A program made the position numbers and the translations under genes. Positions 8,965-19,264 of a DNA stretch of 64,000 bases are shown here, one piece after another. The first letter of the stretch is position 1. Each line of letters opens with the position of its first letter. Below the pieces are notes generated by a model that saw only the letters and a program-made list of their open reading frames with translations, was not told where the DNA came from and ran no database searches. Source of the stretch: Escherichia phage MN04; sequence record MT129654.1; one strand, 5' to 3'.

Positions 8965-9983
8965 AAATATTAAACACAGGTGACTGGCACCTTGGAGTGA
9001 AGGCTGATGATGTGTGGGTACAAAATATCCAACGTCAAGGTATCCAAGACGCTATCAATTATTCTAAAGCAAATGGTATTACCGTGTGGATTCAATACGG
9101 TGATATCTTTGACGTTCGTAAAGCAATTACTCATAAGTGTATGGAATTCGCTCGCGAAATCTCTGATTTGCTTAAAGCTAATGGCATTACCATGTATACC
9201 ATTGTTGGTAATCATGATATGCACTACAAAAACACCCTAACTCCTAACGCTGCTTCTGAAGTTCTCGGTAAATACGACCATATCAAGGTTATTGAGAAAC
9301 CTACTACGGTTAACTTTGATGGCACCGAAATTGATTTGATTCCATGGATATGTGAAGAAAACACGACTGATATCATGGACCATATCAAAAATACCACAGC
9401 AGATTTCTGTATTGGACATTGGGAATTAAATGGTTTCTATTTCTATAAAGGAATGAAATCTCATGGTTTAGAACCTGATTTCCTTAAAAAGTATAAGCAA
9501 GTTTGGTCAGGCCACTTCCACACTATTTCTGATGCAGCAAACGTCAAGTACATTGGTACTCCATGGACCCTGACTGCAGGTGATGAGAACGACCCTCGTG
9601 GTTTCTGGATTTTCGATACCGAAACTCATAAAATGGATTTCATCATTAATGAAACCTGTTGGCATCGTAAGATTCATTATCCTAATGCGACTATCGATTA
9701 CAAAGATTTTACAAATATCGCAGTTCGTGTTATAGTCGATAAAATCGATGACGGCCTTACTAAGTTCGAATCAGAGCTTGAAAAGGTTGTTCACTCTTTA
9801 CGTATTGTGTCTAAGGTAGATAATAGTGTTGATATCGATGATTCTGAAGAGGAAGATGAAGTTAAATCCCTCTTGGATATGATGTATGATTATATCGACG
9901 CCCTTCCTGATGGCCACACTGAAGAAGACGTTAAAGCCCTTAAGACTATGGCCGCACAACTTTATAATGAGGTTACACGATGA
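8961..9983 (+). CDS. 47: recombination endonuclease subunit gp47 (Mre11-like)
   Basis: MKILNTGDWHLGVKADD..., GDIFDVRKAITHK, GNHDMHYKN metallophosphoesterase motifs; matches recalled T4 gp47. Start refined from the track's 8934. Confidence 0.9.
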   Translation: MKILNTGDWHLGVKADDVWVQNIQRQGIQDAINYSKANGITVWIQYGDIFDVRKAITHKCMEFAREISDLLKANGITMYTIVGNHDMHYKNTLTPNAASEVLGKYDHIKVIEKPTTVNFDGTEIDLIPWICEENTTDIMDHIKNTTADFCIGHWELNGFYFYKGMKSHGLEPDFLKKYKQVWSGHFHTISDAANVKYIGTPWTLTAGDENDPRGFWIFDTETHKMDFIINETCWHRKIHYPNATIDYKDFTNIAVRVIVDKIDDGLTKFESELEKVVHSLRIVSKVDNSVDIDDSEEEDEVKSLLDMMYDYIDALPDGHTEEDVKALKTMAAQLYNEVTR

Positions 9984-10243
9984 CTTTAGATGAATTCAAA
10001 AAATCGGGACTTGAACTGGAACACGACTGTATAGTTATTGACGATGATGGGCAACCTAGTACAATTAAGTTCTGGTTTGAAGCCGTGAGCACTCGTGATA
10101 CCGGCGAGCTTATTAAAGTTTATGTTGCTACCGATTGGGCTGTAGAATTTAGCTTTAATGTAATGGTAGATGATACTCCAGAAACATTAATTCATATGGC
10201 TGAATCATGCATCAAGGATGCTTATAACGATGAAGACTTTTAA
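9980..10243 (+). CDS. hypothetical protein (87 aa)
   Basis: ORF between 47 and 46; overlaps both neighbours slightly. Confidence 0.45.
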   Translation: MTLDEFKKSGLELEHDCIVIDDDGQPSTIKFWFEAVSTRDTGELIKVYVATDWAVEFSFNVMVDDTPETLIHMAESCIKDAYNDEDF

Positions 10244-11912
10244 GTTAAAAAAAGTAACGTATAAAAATATTATGTCGGTAGGGCAGCAGCCCATTACAAT
10301 CCAACTTGACAAGGTCCAAAAGACCTTAGTCACTGGTAAAAATGGTGCAGGGAAATCAACATTCCTTGAAGCTGTAACATTTGCTCTGTTCGGTAAGCCT
10401 TTTCGTGATGTTAAGAAAGGGCAGTTGATTAACTCAAGTAACAAGAAAGACCTTTTGGTCGAACTGTGGATGGAATATGATGGCAAAGAATACTATATCA
10501 AACGCGGGCAAAAACCCAACGTTTTTGAAATCTCTTGTGACGGTGAACGTCTTGATGAATCTGCCAGCAGTAAAGACTTCCAAGCGGAATTTGAACAGCT
10601 TATCGGAATGTCCTATGCAAGCTTCAAACAAATTGTCGTACTCGGCACAGCTGGATATACCCCTTTTATGGGCCTATCCACTCCTGCAAGAAGAAAACTC
10701 GTCGAAGACCTGTTAGAGGTTTCTGTATTAGCGGATATGGATAAGTTGAACAAATCTTTAATTCGTGAGACTAATAGCCAAATCCAAGTAATAGACGTTA
10801 AGCAAGATTCTATTACCCAACAAATTAAAATTTATAATGACAACGAAGAACGTCAACGTAAATTATCCGGCGAGAACGCCGCCCGCCTACAATTAATGTA
10901 TGATGAGCTCGTTAAAGAAGCCAGGACTGCGAAGGCGAGCATAGAATCCCTGACTGATGAATTACTCAATGTTATCGTAGATGATGACCCTAGCGACTCC
11001 ATGAGTGACCTGAGTAATAAAGGATTTGCAATCAAAAATGATATGGCAACCTTTACAAAGGTGGTTAAGTTATACGAAACTGGTGGTCACTGCCCTACGT
11101 GTATGCAAGGGTTAGAAGAGCACGGTAATATCCTTACTAAAATTAAGGATAAAAACTTTGAGCTTCAAAAATCTTTGGATAAGATTAATGAGCAATACCA
11201 AGAACTCAAGCTCATTAAGGACCAAGTAACCGAACAACGCAATAAAGCGTTGGCTATTAAATCTCAGATAGCTACTCATAAGCAGCAAGCCATTACTGCT
11301 GTAGAGAAAGCCAAAAAGGTTAAGGTATTAATTGACCAAGCGGCAGCTGAGTTCGTAAGTAATGCCGAAGAGATTGCTGTGCTTCAAGCAGAGCTTGATA
11401 AAATCGTCTCTACCAAATCGTCCTTGGTAATGGAAAAATATCATCGTGGAATTCTGACAGAAATGTTGAAGGATACTGGTATTAAAGGTTCCATTATTAA
11501 GAAATACATTCCTATCTTTAATAAGCAGATTAATTCTTATTTGAAGATTATGGAAGCGGACTACGTCTTTACCTTAGACGAAGAATTCAACGAGACGATT
11601 AAATCACGTGGACGTGAAGACTTTAGTTATGCTTCATTTTCACAGGGTGAGAAAGCACGTATTGATATCGCACTTCTTTTTACATGGCGTGATATTGCTT
11701 CTAAGGTATCAGGTGTTAATATCAGCACGTTAATTCTTGATGAAGTTTTTGATAGTGCCACGGATTCTGAAGGCGTTAAGAGCATTGCAACCATCTTGAA
11801 TAGCCTTGAGGATACGAACGTGTTCATTATCTCTCACCGAGACCATGACCCACAAGCTTATGGCCAACATCTTCAAATGAAGAAAGTTGGGCGATTCACG
11901 GTGTTAGAATGA
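10230..11912 (+). CDS. 46: recombination endonuclease subunit gp46 (Rad50/SbcC-like ATPase)
   Basis: Walker A GKNGAGKST, coiled-coil middle with CPTC zinc hook, C-terminal LDEVFDSATD signature; matches recalled T4 gp46. Confidence 0.9.
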   Translation: MKTFKLKKVTYKNIMSVGQQPITIQLDKVQKTLVTGKNGAGKSTFLEAVTFALFGKPFRDVKKGQLINSSNKKDLLVELWMEYDGKEYYIKRGQKPNVFEISCDGERLDESASSKDFQAEFEQLIGMSYASFKQIVVLGTAGYTPFMGLSTPARRKLVEDLLEVSVLADMDKLNKSLIRETNSQIQVIDVKQDSITQQIKIYNDNEERQRKLSGENAARLQLMYDELVKEARTAKASIESLTDELLNVIVDDDPSDSMSDLSNKGFAIKNDMATFTKVVKLYETGGHCPTCMQGLEEHGNILTKIKDKNFELQKSLDKINEQYQELKLIKDQVTEQRNKALAIKSQIATHKQQAITAVEKAKKVKVLIDQAAAEFVSNAEEIAVLQAELDKIVSTKSSLVMEKYHRGILTEMLKDTGIKGSIIKKYIPIFNKQINSYLKIMEADYVFTLDEEFNETIKSRGREDFSYASFSQGEKARIDIALLFTWRDIASKVSGVNISTLILDEVFDSATDSEGVKSIATILNSLEDTNVFIISHRDHDPQAYGQHLQMKKVGRFTVLE

Positions 11913-12100
11913 GTGATTTTATAACAGGCCAGCATTTGTTGGCCGTTCCAGAAATAAAGAGATATGTTTTAGTTAACAACTTCTCTGGAGACGAACATCT
12001 TGTTACTGAAGATTATCTCCAAAATGCTTTTAAGTCAGAATATGTTACAATCATGTCAAATAGAAATCCATCATGGTTTGTCTATGAGTACTTTGATTAA
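11909..12100 (+). CDS. hypothetical protein (63 aa)
   Basis: ORF, overlapping start. Confidence 0.4.
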   Translation: MSDFITGQHLLAVPEIKRYVLVNNFSGDEHLVTEDYLQNAFKSEYVTIMSNRNPSWFVYEYFD

Positions 12101-12102
12101 AT

Positions 12103-12126
12103 TGCTTTAAAATATTGATTTATAAT
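12103..12126 (+). promoter_or_regulatory. middle promoter candidate (MotA box + -10)
   Basis: TGCTTTA, 11-nt spacer, TATAAT, upstream of the 12157 ORF and gene 45. Confidence 0.5.
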
Positions 12127-12156
12127 ACATTTACCAACTAAATGAGAGAAAATATT

Positions 12157-12576
12157 ATGTTTGCTACTTCTAATGGCGTTACCGTTAAAGATATCCAAGT
12201 TAAAACCATCCGTACTGATTCCAACCCACATAATCAGAACCGTATCCGTAAATCATGGGTACTGAATATTGATACCGACTCTGCACGCCGATTGCAGTCT
12301 CTTCCACAAGAAACCAAGTTTATGCTGTACAGTATCATCGATAATGATGTATCTGATAAGTGGATTGAAATCATGCGTAAACACTTTAAAGATTCTTTGG
12401 CTGCAGGTGCTAAACTTGTTATCGACCGCGACGGTTCTGAACGTTTAGAAGATGATTATTGCGTCGACCCTGATGAGCAGTTGCTTGAAGCCGGTTCTAT
12501 TATTGCTTCCAAGATTCCAGAGTATATTGAATCTCTGCCTGAATCAATCCGTAAACAAATGATCGTAATTGCTTAA
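12157..12576 (+). CDS. hypothetical protein; RpbA-like by position only
   Basis: ORF between 46 and 45 behind a MotA-box promoter; no sequence-level support for the RpbA name. Confidence 0.4.
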   Translation: MFATSNGVTVKDIQVKTIRTDSNPHNQNRIRKSWVLNIDTDSARRLQSLPQETKFMLYSIIDNDVSDKWIEIMRKHFKDSLAAGAKLVIDRDGSERLEDDYCVDPDEQLLEAGSIIASKIPEYIESLPESIRKQMIVIA

Positions 12577-12601
12577 TAATTTGACTTGATAAGGAAACAT
12601 T

Positions 12602-13300
12602 ATGAAATTCTCTAAAGAAACCCTGAACATTCTTAAAAACTTCTCTGGTATTAACCCAGGCATTATGCTTAAACCAGGTAACACCATTCTGACCCGATCT
12701 GTTACCGGTGCAAGTTATGGTGAAGCTACTGTAAGTGATACCTTCGATATCGAAGCAGCAATCTATGATTTGAATGGCTTCTTAAGTATTCTGTCTTTGG
12801 TATCGGAAAGTGCTGAAGTTTCGGTAAGTGAAGACCAAACCACGTTAATTATTAAAGACCAACGTTCAACAATTAAGTGGCCTATTGCTGACCCAAGCAC
12901 AATCGCATTCCCAAGTAAAGCTATTCCGTTCCCTGTGGCTGAAGTTATTTTCGACCTGAAAGCCGAAGATTATCAACAGTTGATGCGTGTGTCCTCTGGT
13001 CTGAGTATTGATACATTTGCAATCACTGTAGACGATGGTAAAATTGTTATCAACGGTTATAAACAAGTCGACGATAAAGAATTAACTCGTCCATTGTATT
13101 CTCTGGTCGTGGCTGACCATGATGGTCCTGACTTTAAGTTCATCATTAACAAAACTAATATGAAAATGATGCCAGCCGATTATCATGTGTTGTTATGGGC
13201 GCGCGGTGAAGGCCAGGATGCTCGATTTGCAGCTAAGTTTGAAGGTACACAAGCTTCTTACGTATTAGCTATGGAAGCAGGCTCAAGCCACTCGTTCTAA
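12602..13300 (+). CDS. 45: sliding clamp gp45
   Basis: MKFSKETLNILKNFSGINPGIMLK... matches recalled T4 gp45 (about 228 aa). Confidence 0.9.
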   Translation: MKFSKETLNILKNFSGINPGIMLKPGNTILTRSVTGASYGEATVSDTFDIEAAIYDLNGFLSILSLVSESAEVSVSEDQTTLIIKDQRSTIKWPIADPSTIAFPSKAIPFPVAEVIFDLKAEDYQQLMRVSSGLSIDTFAITVDDGKIVINGYKQVDDKELTRPLYSLVVADHDGPDFKFIINKTNMKMMPADYHVLLWARGEGQDARFAAKFEGTQASYVLAMEAGSSHSF

Positions 13301-13361
13301 AGCATAGGGAGGAATTTCCTCCCTTGGAGTATAATGTAAAAACAAACCTGAGGAAATTAAT

Positions 13362-14321
13362 ATGCTTACAGTAAATAATAATGAATTCATGTGGGAACAG
13401 AAATATCGTCCAGGTACTTTATCTGAATGTATTCTGCCTGCTCATGATAAAGAAACTCTCCAAGCCATTGTTAATAAGGGCCTAATCCCTAACATTATCC
13501 TAGTCTCTGCTTCACCAGGCACAGGTAAAACTACCGTGGCTAAAGCATTGTGTGCCGATACAAATTCAGACATGTTGTTTGTTAACGGTTCCGACTGTCG
13601 TATTGATTTCGTTCGTAACGAACTTACTCGTTTTGCATCTTCTAAATCTATCGAAGGTAAACGTAAGGTAATTGTTATTGACGAATTCGACCGTGCTGGT
13701 GTTGCTGAAGCTCAACGCCACCTTCGTTCATTCTTAGAGGCCTATTCCTCAAACTGTTCTGTAATTATTACAGCAAACAATATTGATGGTATCATTGGTC
13801 CACTTCAATCCCGTTGTCGTGTAATTAAATTTGGTGAAGCCACTCCAGCTGACCAAACAGCCATGATGAAAGAAATGATTCATCGTGCAGTAGCAATTTG
13901 TAAAAATGAAAATGTTGAAGTCGAAGACCTTAAAGTTATTGCGGCTTTAGTTAAACAAAACTTCCCTGACTTCCGTAAAACAGTTAACCAACTGGACCGT
14001 TATTCCTCAAGTGGTAAAATCGATACAGGCATTTTGAGTATTGTAATGAATACCAATTCGCCTATTGATGAAGTAGTGGCTGCACTGAAAGATAAAAACT
14101 TTAAAGAACTCCGTGCATTAGCTCCACGTCATGTCAATGATTATGCCAACTTTATTATGACATTGGCTAACGAACTCTATGGTAAATTGCCTGGGCCGAG
14201 CATTGTTAGAATGTATGAAATCGTCGGTGAAAATAACCAATACCATGGTATTGCTGCTAACCCAGAAATTCACCTGACTTATCTGTTTATCCAACTTGCT
14301 CTGGAGCTCCAATGGCTATAA
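13362..14321 (+). CDS. 44: clamp-loader ATPase subunit gp44
   Basis: 319 aa; Walker A SPGTGKTT, DEFD Walker B, SRC motif (PLQSRCRV). Confidence 0.9.
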   Translation: MLTVNNNEFMWEQKYRPGTLSECILPAHDKETLQAIVNKGLIPNIILVSASPGTGKTTVAKALCADTNSDMLFVNGSDCRIDFVRNELTRFASSKSIEGKRKVIVIDEFDRAGVAEAQRHLRSFLEAYSSNCSVIITANNIDGIIGPLQSRCRVIKFGEATPADQTAMMKEMIHRAVAICKNENVEVEDLKVIAALVKQNFPDFRKTVNQLDRYSSSGKIDTGILSIVMNTNSPIDEVVAALKDKNFKELRALAPRHVNDYANFIMTLANELYGKLPGPSIVRMYEIVGENNQYHGIAANPEIHLTYLFIQLALELQWL

Positions 14322-14884
14322 GTCTTTTTGATGATGACGTTGAACTGAATGAACATGAAGTTGCTTGGAAACAACGTAACGACGCTGCTATTCAAGCCTT
14401 GGCCGATTCATTTAAAGAAAAGGCTGAAAACGAATTGTTTGCCATTATGAACGATATCACATACGGTAAAAAACAACGTAACTTGGCTCAATCAGAAAAC
14501 TATAACCAATTTTGGCTAGATAATAGTTTGAGCCAACACGTAGATTGCATTATGCAAGCCGCGATGGTTAACTGTCTTAAACTTGACGACCAAAGTCACT
14601 TCAATTATCTTTTACATGCTGTTCCTAAGGGTAAGAGATTTGGTAAATGGGCTAAGGCCCATGATGATGAAGTTAGTGTAGTTTTTATTACTCGTTTATT
14701 GATGAAATACCATTCAATTAATAATGATGACGCTTATCGTTATCTCGAGACTTATAAAATTAAAGGCCATCTTCCGGCAATGCTTAAGAAGATGAAAGGG
14801 TTGGTTACGGACGAGTTCCTGAAATCCGTAACTAAAAATGTGAAAGAACAAAAAGACTTGAAAAAGAAAGCATTGGAATGGTAA
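14312..14884 (+). CDS. 62: clamp-loader subunit gp62
   Basis: 190 aa; ...GKRFGKWAK... and C-terminal LKGLVTDEFLKSVTKNVKEQKDLKKKALEW match recalled T4 gp62; overlaps the 44 stop. Confidence 0.85.
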   Translation: MAISLFDDDVELNEHEVAWKQRNDAAIQALADSFKEKAENELFAIMNDITYGKKQRNLAQSENYNQFWLDNSLSQHVDCIMQAAMVNCLKLDDQSHFNYLLHAVPKGKRFGKWAKAHDDEVSVVFITRLLMKYHSINNDDAYRYLETYKIKGHLPAMLKKMKGLVTDEFLKSVTKNVKEQKDLKKKALEW

Positions 14885-14890
14885 ATTAAA

Positions 14891-15253
14891 ATGATTGAAA
14901 TTACTCTGAAGCAACCTGAAGACTTCCTAAAAGTGAAAGAGACCCTGACTCGTATGGGTATCGCTAATAATAAAGAAAAGAAACTATATCAATCCTGTCA
15001 CATTTTGCAAAAGCAAGGACGGTATTATATTGTCCACTTTAAAGAGATGTTGCGTATGGACGGTCGCCAGGTAGATATCGATGGTGAAGACTACCAACGC
15101 CGCGATTCTATCGCCCAGCTTCTTAAGGATTGGGGACTTATTGATATTGTAGACGATTCTGAATTGTTCGAAATTACTAATAATTTCCGTGTCATTTCCT
15201 TTAAACAAAAAAATGACTGGGAACTATTGTCTAAGTATACCATTGGTAATTAA
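14891..15253 (+). CDS. regA: translational repressor RegA
   Basis: 120 aa; MIEITLKQPEDFLKVKETLTRMGIANNKEK... nearly matches recalled T4 RegA. Confidence 0.9.
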   Translation: MIEITLKQPEDFLKVKETLTRMGIANNKEKKLYQSCHILQKQGRYYIVHFKEMLRMDGRQVDIDGEDYQRRDSIAQLLKDWGLIDIVDDSELFEITNNFRVISFKQKNDWELLSKYTIGN

Positions 15254-15254
15254 T

Positions 15255-15455
15255 ATGATTCTTGAAATTGAAACGTGTGAACGTCTTAAAGAGGTGTACG
15301 GGCTTTCACCAACTCAAACTGTTTTTGACCTTTCCGAAGAGCTCCAAATAGAATTTCAAAAGGACCTCCATAAGTTACTACATCCAGGTCAGCAAGTCTT
15401 CCAGGCTATGATTAGAACTAAGGCGAAGATGGCAATCCGACTATTAAACGTTTGA
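15255..15455 (+). CDS. hypothetical small protein (66 aa)
   Basis: ATG immediately after the regA stop; followed by a terminator. Confidence 0.35.
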   Translation: MILEIETCERLKEVYGLSPTQTVFDLSEELQIEFQKDLHKLLHPGQQVFQAMIRTKAKMAIRLLNV

Positions 15456-15473
15456 CAATAGAAATTTAAGCAA

Positions 15474-15495
15474 AGGGACTTCGGTCCCTTTTTGG
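15474..15495 (+). terminator. intrinsic terminator upstream of gene 43
   Basis: AGGGACTTCGGTCCCT hairpin followed by TTTTT; then GGAGTATAAT. Confidence 0.6.
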
Positions 15496-15551
15496 AGTAT
15501 AATTATTCATCAACAAACAAAAGACAATCACTCGTCTATAAAGGAAATGAA

Positions 15552-18263
15552 ATGCAAGAATTCTATTTGACAGTCGAACAAATCGGTGATAATATTCTCG
15601 AACGTTACATCGATAAAAATGGTAAAGAACGTAGTCGTGAAGTTCCTTACAAGCCTACAATGTTTATGCATGCCAACCCAGAGCAAGCCGTAAAATATAT
15701 TGACATCTACGGTAAGGGCTGTGTTAAGAAAGAATTCGATTCAATGCGCGATGCTTCTCAGTGGATGAAGCGCATGGACGATATGGGTCTCGAAGCCCTT
15801 GGTATGGACGACTATAAATTAGCCTATTTGTCTGATACCTATCGTAAAGAAATCAAGTATGATTCTTCCAAGATTCGTATTGCTAACTTCGACATCGAGG
15901 TAACATCTCCTGATGGATTCCCTGAACCTGCTCAGGCTAAACATCCTATCGATGCCATTACTCACTACGACTCGATTGATGATAAATTCTATGTATTTGA
16001 CCTTTTAGTTTCACCTTATGGTACGGTCGAAGAGTGGTCGATTAAAATCGCTGAGAAACTCCAAGACGAAGGTGGTGACGAAGTTCCACAAGAAATCATT
16101 GACAAAATCGTTTATCTTCCGTTTAATTCTGAAGAAGAAATGATGCTTGAGTATCTGAATTTCTGGCAACAGAAAACTCCTGTGATTTTGACTGGATGGA
16201 ATGTTGAATCATTTGACGTGCCATACGTTTATAACCGTCTTAAAAATCTGTTTGGCGAGAACACTGCTAAGCGATTAAGCCCACATCGTAAGACTCGTGT
16301 TAAAGTTATCGAGAATATGTACGGTGTTCGTGAAATTATTACACTGTTCGGTATCTCTGTTCTGGATTATATCGACCTTTATAAAAAATTCAGCTTTACC
16401 AACCAGCCTTCTTATTCTCTGGATTATGTTTCTGAATATGAATTGAAAGTAGGTAAGTTGAAATATGATGGTCCTATCTCCAAGTTACGTGAGACGAACC
16501 ACCAACGATATATTTCCTATAACATTATCGACGTATATCGTGTTGTACAGATTGATATGAAACGCCAGTTCATTCTTCTGAGTTTGGACATGGGTTACTA
16601 TGCCAAGATGCAGATTCAGTCGGTGTTCAGTCCAATTAAGACTTGGGACGCTATTATCTTTAATAGCCTTAAAGAACAGGGTAAAGTTATTCCTCAGGCC
16701 AAATCGCATGCGGTTCAACCTTATCCGGGTGCTTTCGTTAAGGAACCGATTCCTAACGCGTACAAATATGTAATGAGTTTCGACCTTACATCTCTGTACC
16801 CGAGTATCATTCGACAAGTGAATATAAGCCCAGAGACCATCGCAGGGACATTCGCTAACGCACCGATACATGAATATATTGCCGGAACTGCTCCGCGTCC
16901 TAGCGACACCTACAGTTGCTCTCCTAACGGCATGATGTACTATAAAGACCGTGATGGTGTGATTCCTACAGAAATCACGAAGGTGTTCTTACAGCGTAAA
17001 GAACATAAAGGTTATATGCTTGCAGCTCAACGTAACGGTGAGTTAATTAAAGAAGCATTAGAAAATCCTAATCCGTCTGTTGATAGCCCACTGGATATCG
17101 ATTATCGTTTCGACTTCTCTGACGAAATCAAAGCCCAGATTAAAAAATTGTCAGCATCTTCTTTAAAAGAAATGTTATTCAAAGCCGAACGTACTGAAGT
17201 CGCAGGTATGACTGCTCAGATTAACCGTAAGTTGCTTATCAACTCCCTTTATGGTGCACTTGGTAACGTATGGTTCCGTTACTATGACCTCAGGAACGCA
17301 ACTGCAATCACATTGTTTGGTCAAATGGCCCTCCAATGGATTGAACGTAAGGTTAACGAATATCTGAATAGCGTGTGTAAGACTGAAAACCAGAAGTTCG
17401 TGCTTTATGGTGATACCGACTCCATTTATGTTAAGGCTGATGCAATTATCAATAAAGTAGGCGAAGATAAATTCCGTGATACTAACCACTGGGTTGACTT
17501 CTTAGATAAATTTGCACGTGAACGTATGGAACCAGCTATTGATGCAGGCTTCCGTGAGATGTGTGAATACATGAACAATAAACAGCACTTGATGTTCATG
17601 GACCGAGAAGCTATCGCTGGTCCTCCACTTGGTTCTAAAGGTCTTGGTGGATTCTGGACAGGCAAGAAACGTTATGCACTGAACGTTTGGGACATGGAAG
17701 GTACTCGTTATGCCGAACCACACTTGAAAATCATGGGTCTCGAAACCCAGAAATCAAGTACACCTAAAGCGGTTCAGAAAGCACTGAAAGAATGCATCCG
17801 TCGTATGCTTCAAGAAGGCGAGGCCTCTTTGCAAGAGTATTTCAAACAGTTTAATAAGGAATTTAACGAATTAGACTATGTAAGCATTGCTGCAGTATCC
17901 AGTGCTAACAACATTGAGAAATATAATGAAGGTGGTTTCCCTGGTTCTAAATGTCCGTACCACATCAAAGGTTGCTTAGCTTACATGCGTGCTTCTGCTG
18001 GTGATTTGACAATGCCTCGAATCGTTGATGGTGAAAAGGTATATGTACTGCCACTTAAAGAAGGCAACCCGTTCGGTGAAGCTTGTATGGCATGGCCGTC
18101 AGGTATTGAACTTCCGATTCAGATTCGTGACCAAGTCCTCCGTTGGATGGACTACAACGTACTGTTCCAAAAGACCTTTATCAAACCTCTGACCGGTTTT
18201 ACTGAGTCTGCTAAAATCGACTACGAGAAAAAAGCAACATTATTTGACATGTTCGACTTTTAA
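15552..18263 (+). CDS. 43: DNA polymerase gp43 (family B)
   Basis: 903 aa from ATG 15552 (MQEFYLTVEQIGD...); exo motifs FDIEV and YNIID, pol motifs DLTSLYPSII and YGDTDS; very close to recalled RB69 gp43. The track start 15492 is an in-frame upstream extension. Confidence 0.95.
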   Translation: MQEFYLTVEQIGDNILERYIDKNGKERSREVPYKPTMFMHANPEQAVKYIDIYGKGCVKKEFDSMRDASQWMKRMDDMGLEALGMDDYKLAYLSDTYRKEIKYDSSKIRIANFDIEVTSPDGFPEPAQAKHPIDAITHYDSIDDKFYVFDLLVSPYGTVEEWSIKIAEKLQDEGGDEVPQEIIDKIVYLPFNSEEEMMLEYLNFWQQKTPVILTGWNVESFDVPYVYNRLKNLFGENTAKRLSPHRKTRVKVIENMYGVREIITLFGISVLDYIDLYKKFSFTNQPSYSLDYVSEYELKVGKLKYDGPISKLRETNHQRYISYNIIDVYRVVQIDMKRQFILLSLDMGYYAKMQIQSVFSPIKTWDAIIFNSLKEQGKVIPQAKSHAVQPYPGAFVKEPIPNAYKYVMSFDLTSLYPSIIRQVNISPETIAGTFANAPIHEYIAGTAPRPSDTYSCSPNGMMYYKDRDGVIPTEITKVFLQRKEHKGYMLAAQRNGELIKEALENPNPSVDSPLDIDYRFDFSDEIKAQIKKLSASSLKEMLFKAERTEVAGMTAQINRKLLINSLYGALGNVWFRYYDLRNATAITLFGQMALQWIERKVNEYLNSVCKTENQKFVLYGDTDSIYVKADAIINKVGEDKFRDTNHWVDFLDKFARERMEPAIDAGFREMCEYMNNKQHLMFMDREAIAGPPLGSKGLGGFWTGKKRYALNVWDMEGTRYAEPHLKIMGLETQKSSTPKAVQKALKECIRRMLQEGEASLQEYFKQFNKEFNELDYVSIAAVSSANNIEKYNEGGFPGSKCPYHIKGCLAYMRASAGDLTMPRIVDGEKVYVLPLKEGNPFGEACMAWPSGIELPIQIRDQVLRWMDYNVLFQKTFIKPLTGFTESAKIDYEKKATLFDMFDF

Positions 18264-18265
18264 GT

Positions 18266-18295
18266 GTTTACATACCACATGGAACGTGGTAGTAT
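18266..18295 (+). promoter_or_regulatory. early promoter, PeSL-like
   Basis: GTTTAC, 18 nt, TAGTAT, then CTATCAACTACATGAGGAA. Confidence 0.5.
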
Positions 18296-18325
18296 CCTTC
18301 CTATCAACTACATGAGGAAATTATA

Positions 18326-18562
18326 ATGGAAGCTTTAATCGTTAGTGCTGGTGTTTTAGGATTTGGTTCTCTGGTTATTATGTTCATTGGTTACTTTTTA
18401 CCATGGATTCTGGCTCTTCTGCGAGGCACTCGTAGCAATGTTGGAATCTTCTTCCTTAATCTCCTGTTAGGATGGACTATGATTGGTTGGGTAGTGGCTT
18501 TAATCTGGGCTATCGTCGCTGAACGTAAATCAAACGCACAAATCATTATCGTTAAACAATGA
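18326..18562 (+). CDS. small two-TM membrane protein; Imm-like by position
   Basis: 78 aa with two hydrophobic helices, directly downstream of 43 where T4 has imm; no sequence-level confirmation. Confidence 0.4.
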   Translation: MEALIVSAGVLGFGSLVIMFIGYFLPWILALLRGTRSNVGIFFLNLLLGWTMIGWVVALIWAIVAERKSNAQIIIVKQ

Positions 18563-18703
18563 AGATAATTATTTTATTTCTTATAATGGCTGCCTTTACC
18601 ATTTATTGGGCAGTGGCAATTCCTCCAATGATTCCAACATTAATCATGGGATGGATTATTCTTATAGCACAAATTAAGTATAACTGTTTTAATTGAGGAT
18701 ATT

Positions 18704-19204
18704 ATGAAAAAGTTAATTATCGCAATGAGTATGCTCCTATCAGGTTGCGCAGTCCAATACGGTGATGCAGTTTCGGCTGATGAAGTTGGTAAAGCTCGTA
18801 TCGCAGCTGAACAGAAACAATTCGACGGCGAAATGAAATTCCGTGCCGGTTCTGGACTTGTGTATACCCGAGCTAATAATCAATGTGGTAATAACTGTGC
18901 AAAATATGCTCAAAGGGAAATCGAATTCCAACGTGAACAAGAGTCTAAGCGTGAAGCGGTACTAGCCAAACACCAGGCAGAAATGAAGCGCCAAGATGAT
19001 TTGTACAAAAAGCAGAAACTGTATTCTATGTGTGTAAACCATATCAATTTACAGATTTCTGTCCATGAGGCTCGTTATTACGAAATGCTCGAAACCGAGA
19101 GCTTCGATAAGGCTCGTGATTATAAGAAACAAATCAACAAGCTTAAGACCAAAGTGCCTGCTGCAGTAGAACAGTGCATGGAATACGGTAAAGATAAGAT
19201 TTAA
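18704..19204 (+). CDS. putative lipoprotein (166 aa)
   Basis: Signal peptide with lipobox LLSGC. Confidence 0.5.
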   Translation: MKKLIIAMSMLLSGCAVQYGDAVSADEVGKARIAAEQKQFDGEMKFRAGSGLVYTRANNQCGNNCAKYAQREIEFQREQESKREAVLAKHQAEMKRQDDLYKKQKLYSMCVNHINLQISVHEARYYEMLETESFDKARDYKKQINKLKTKVPAAVEQCMEYGKDKI

Positions 19205-19264
19205 GCAATAGAAATTTATTAAAAATAGTGTATAATGTACCTACATTCACTTGAGGAACAGATA

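Noticed and set aside
15492-15551. The ORF track's longer start for the DNA polymerase (923 aa)
   Set aside because: The in-frame ATG at 15552 gives MQEFYLTVEQ..., matching the T4/RB69 gp43 N-terminus and a 903-aa product; the upstream extension runs through the terminator and leader.
16485-17723. Several 60-130-aa ORFs on the - strand within gene 43 (and similar ones inside 39, 46, 37, 34)
   Set aside because: They lie entirely inside well-supported long genes on the opposite strand and have no SD; treated as non-coding shadow ORFs.
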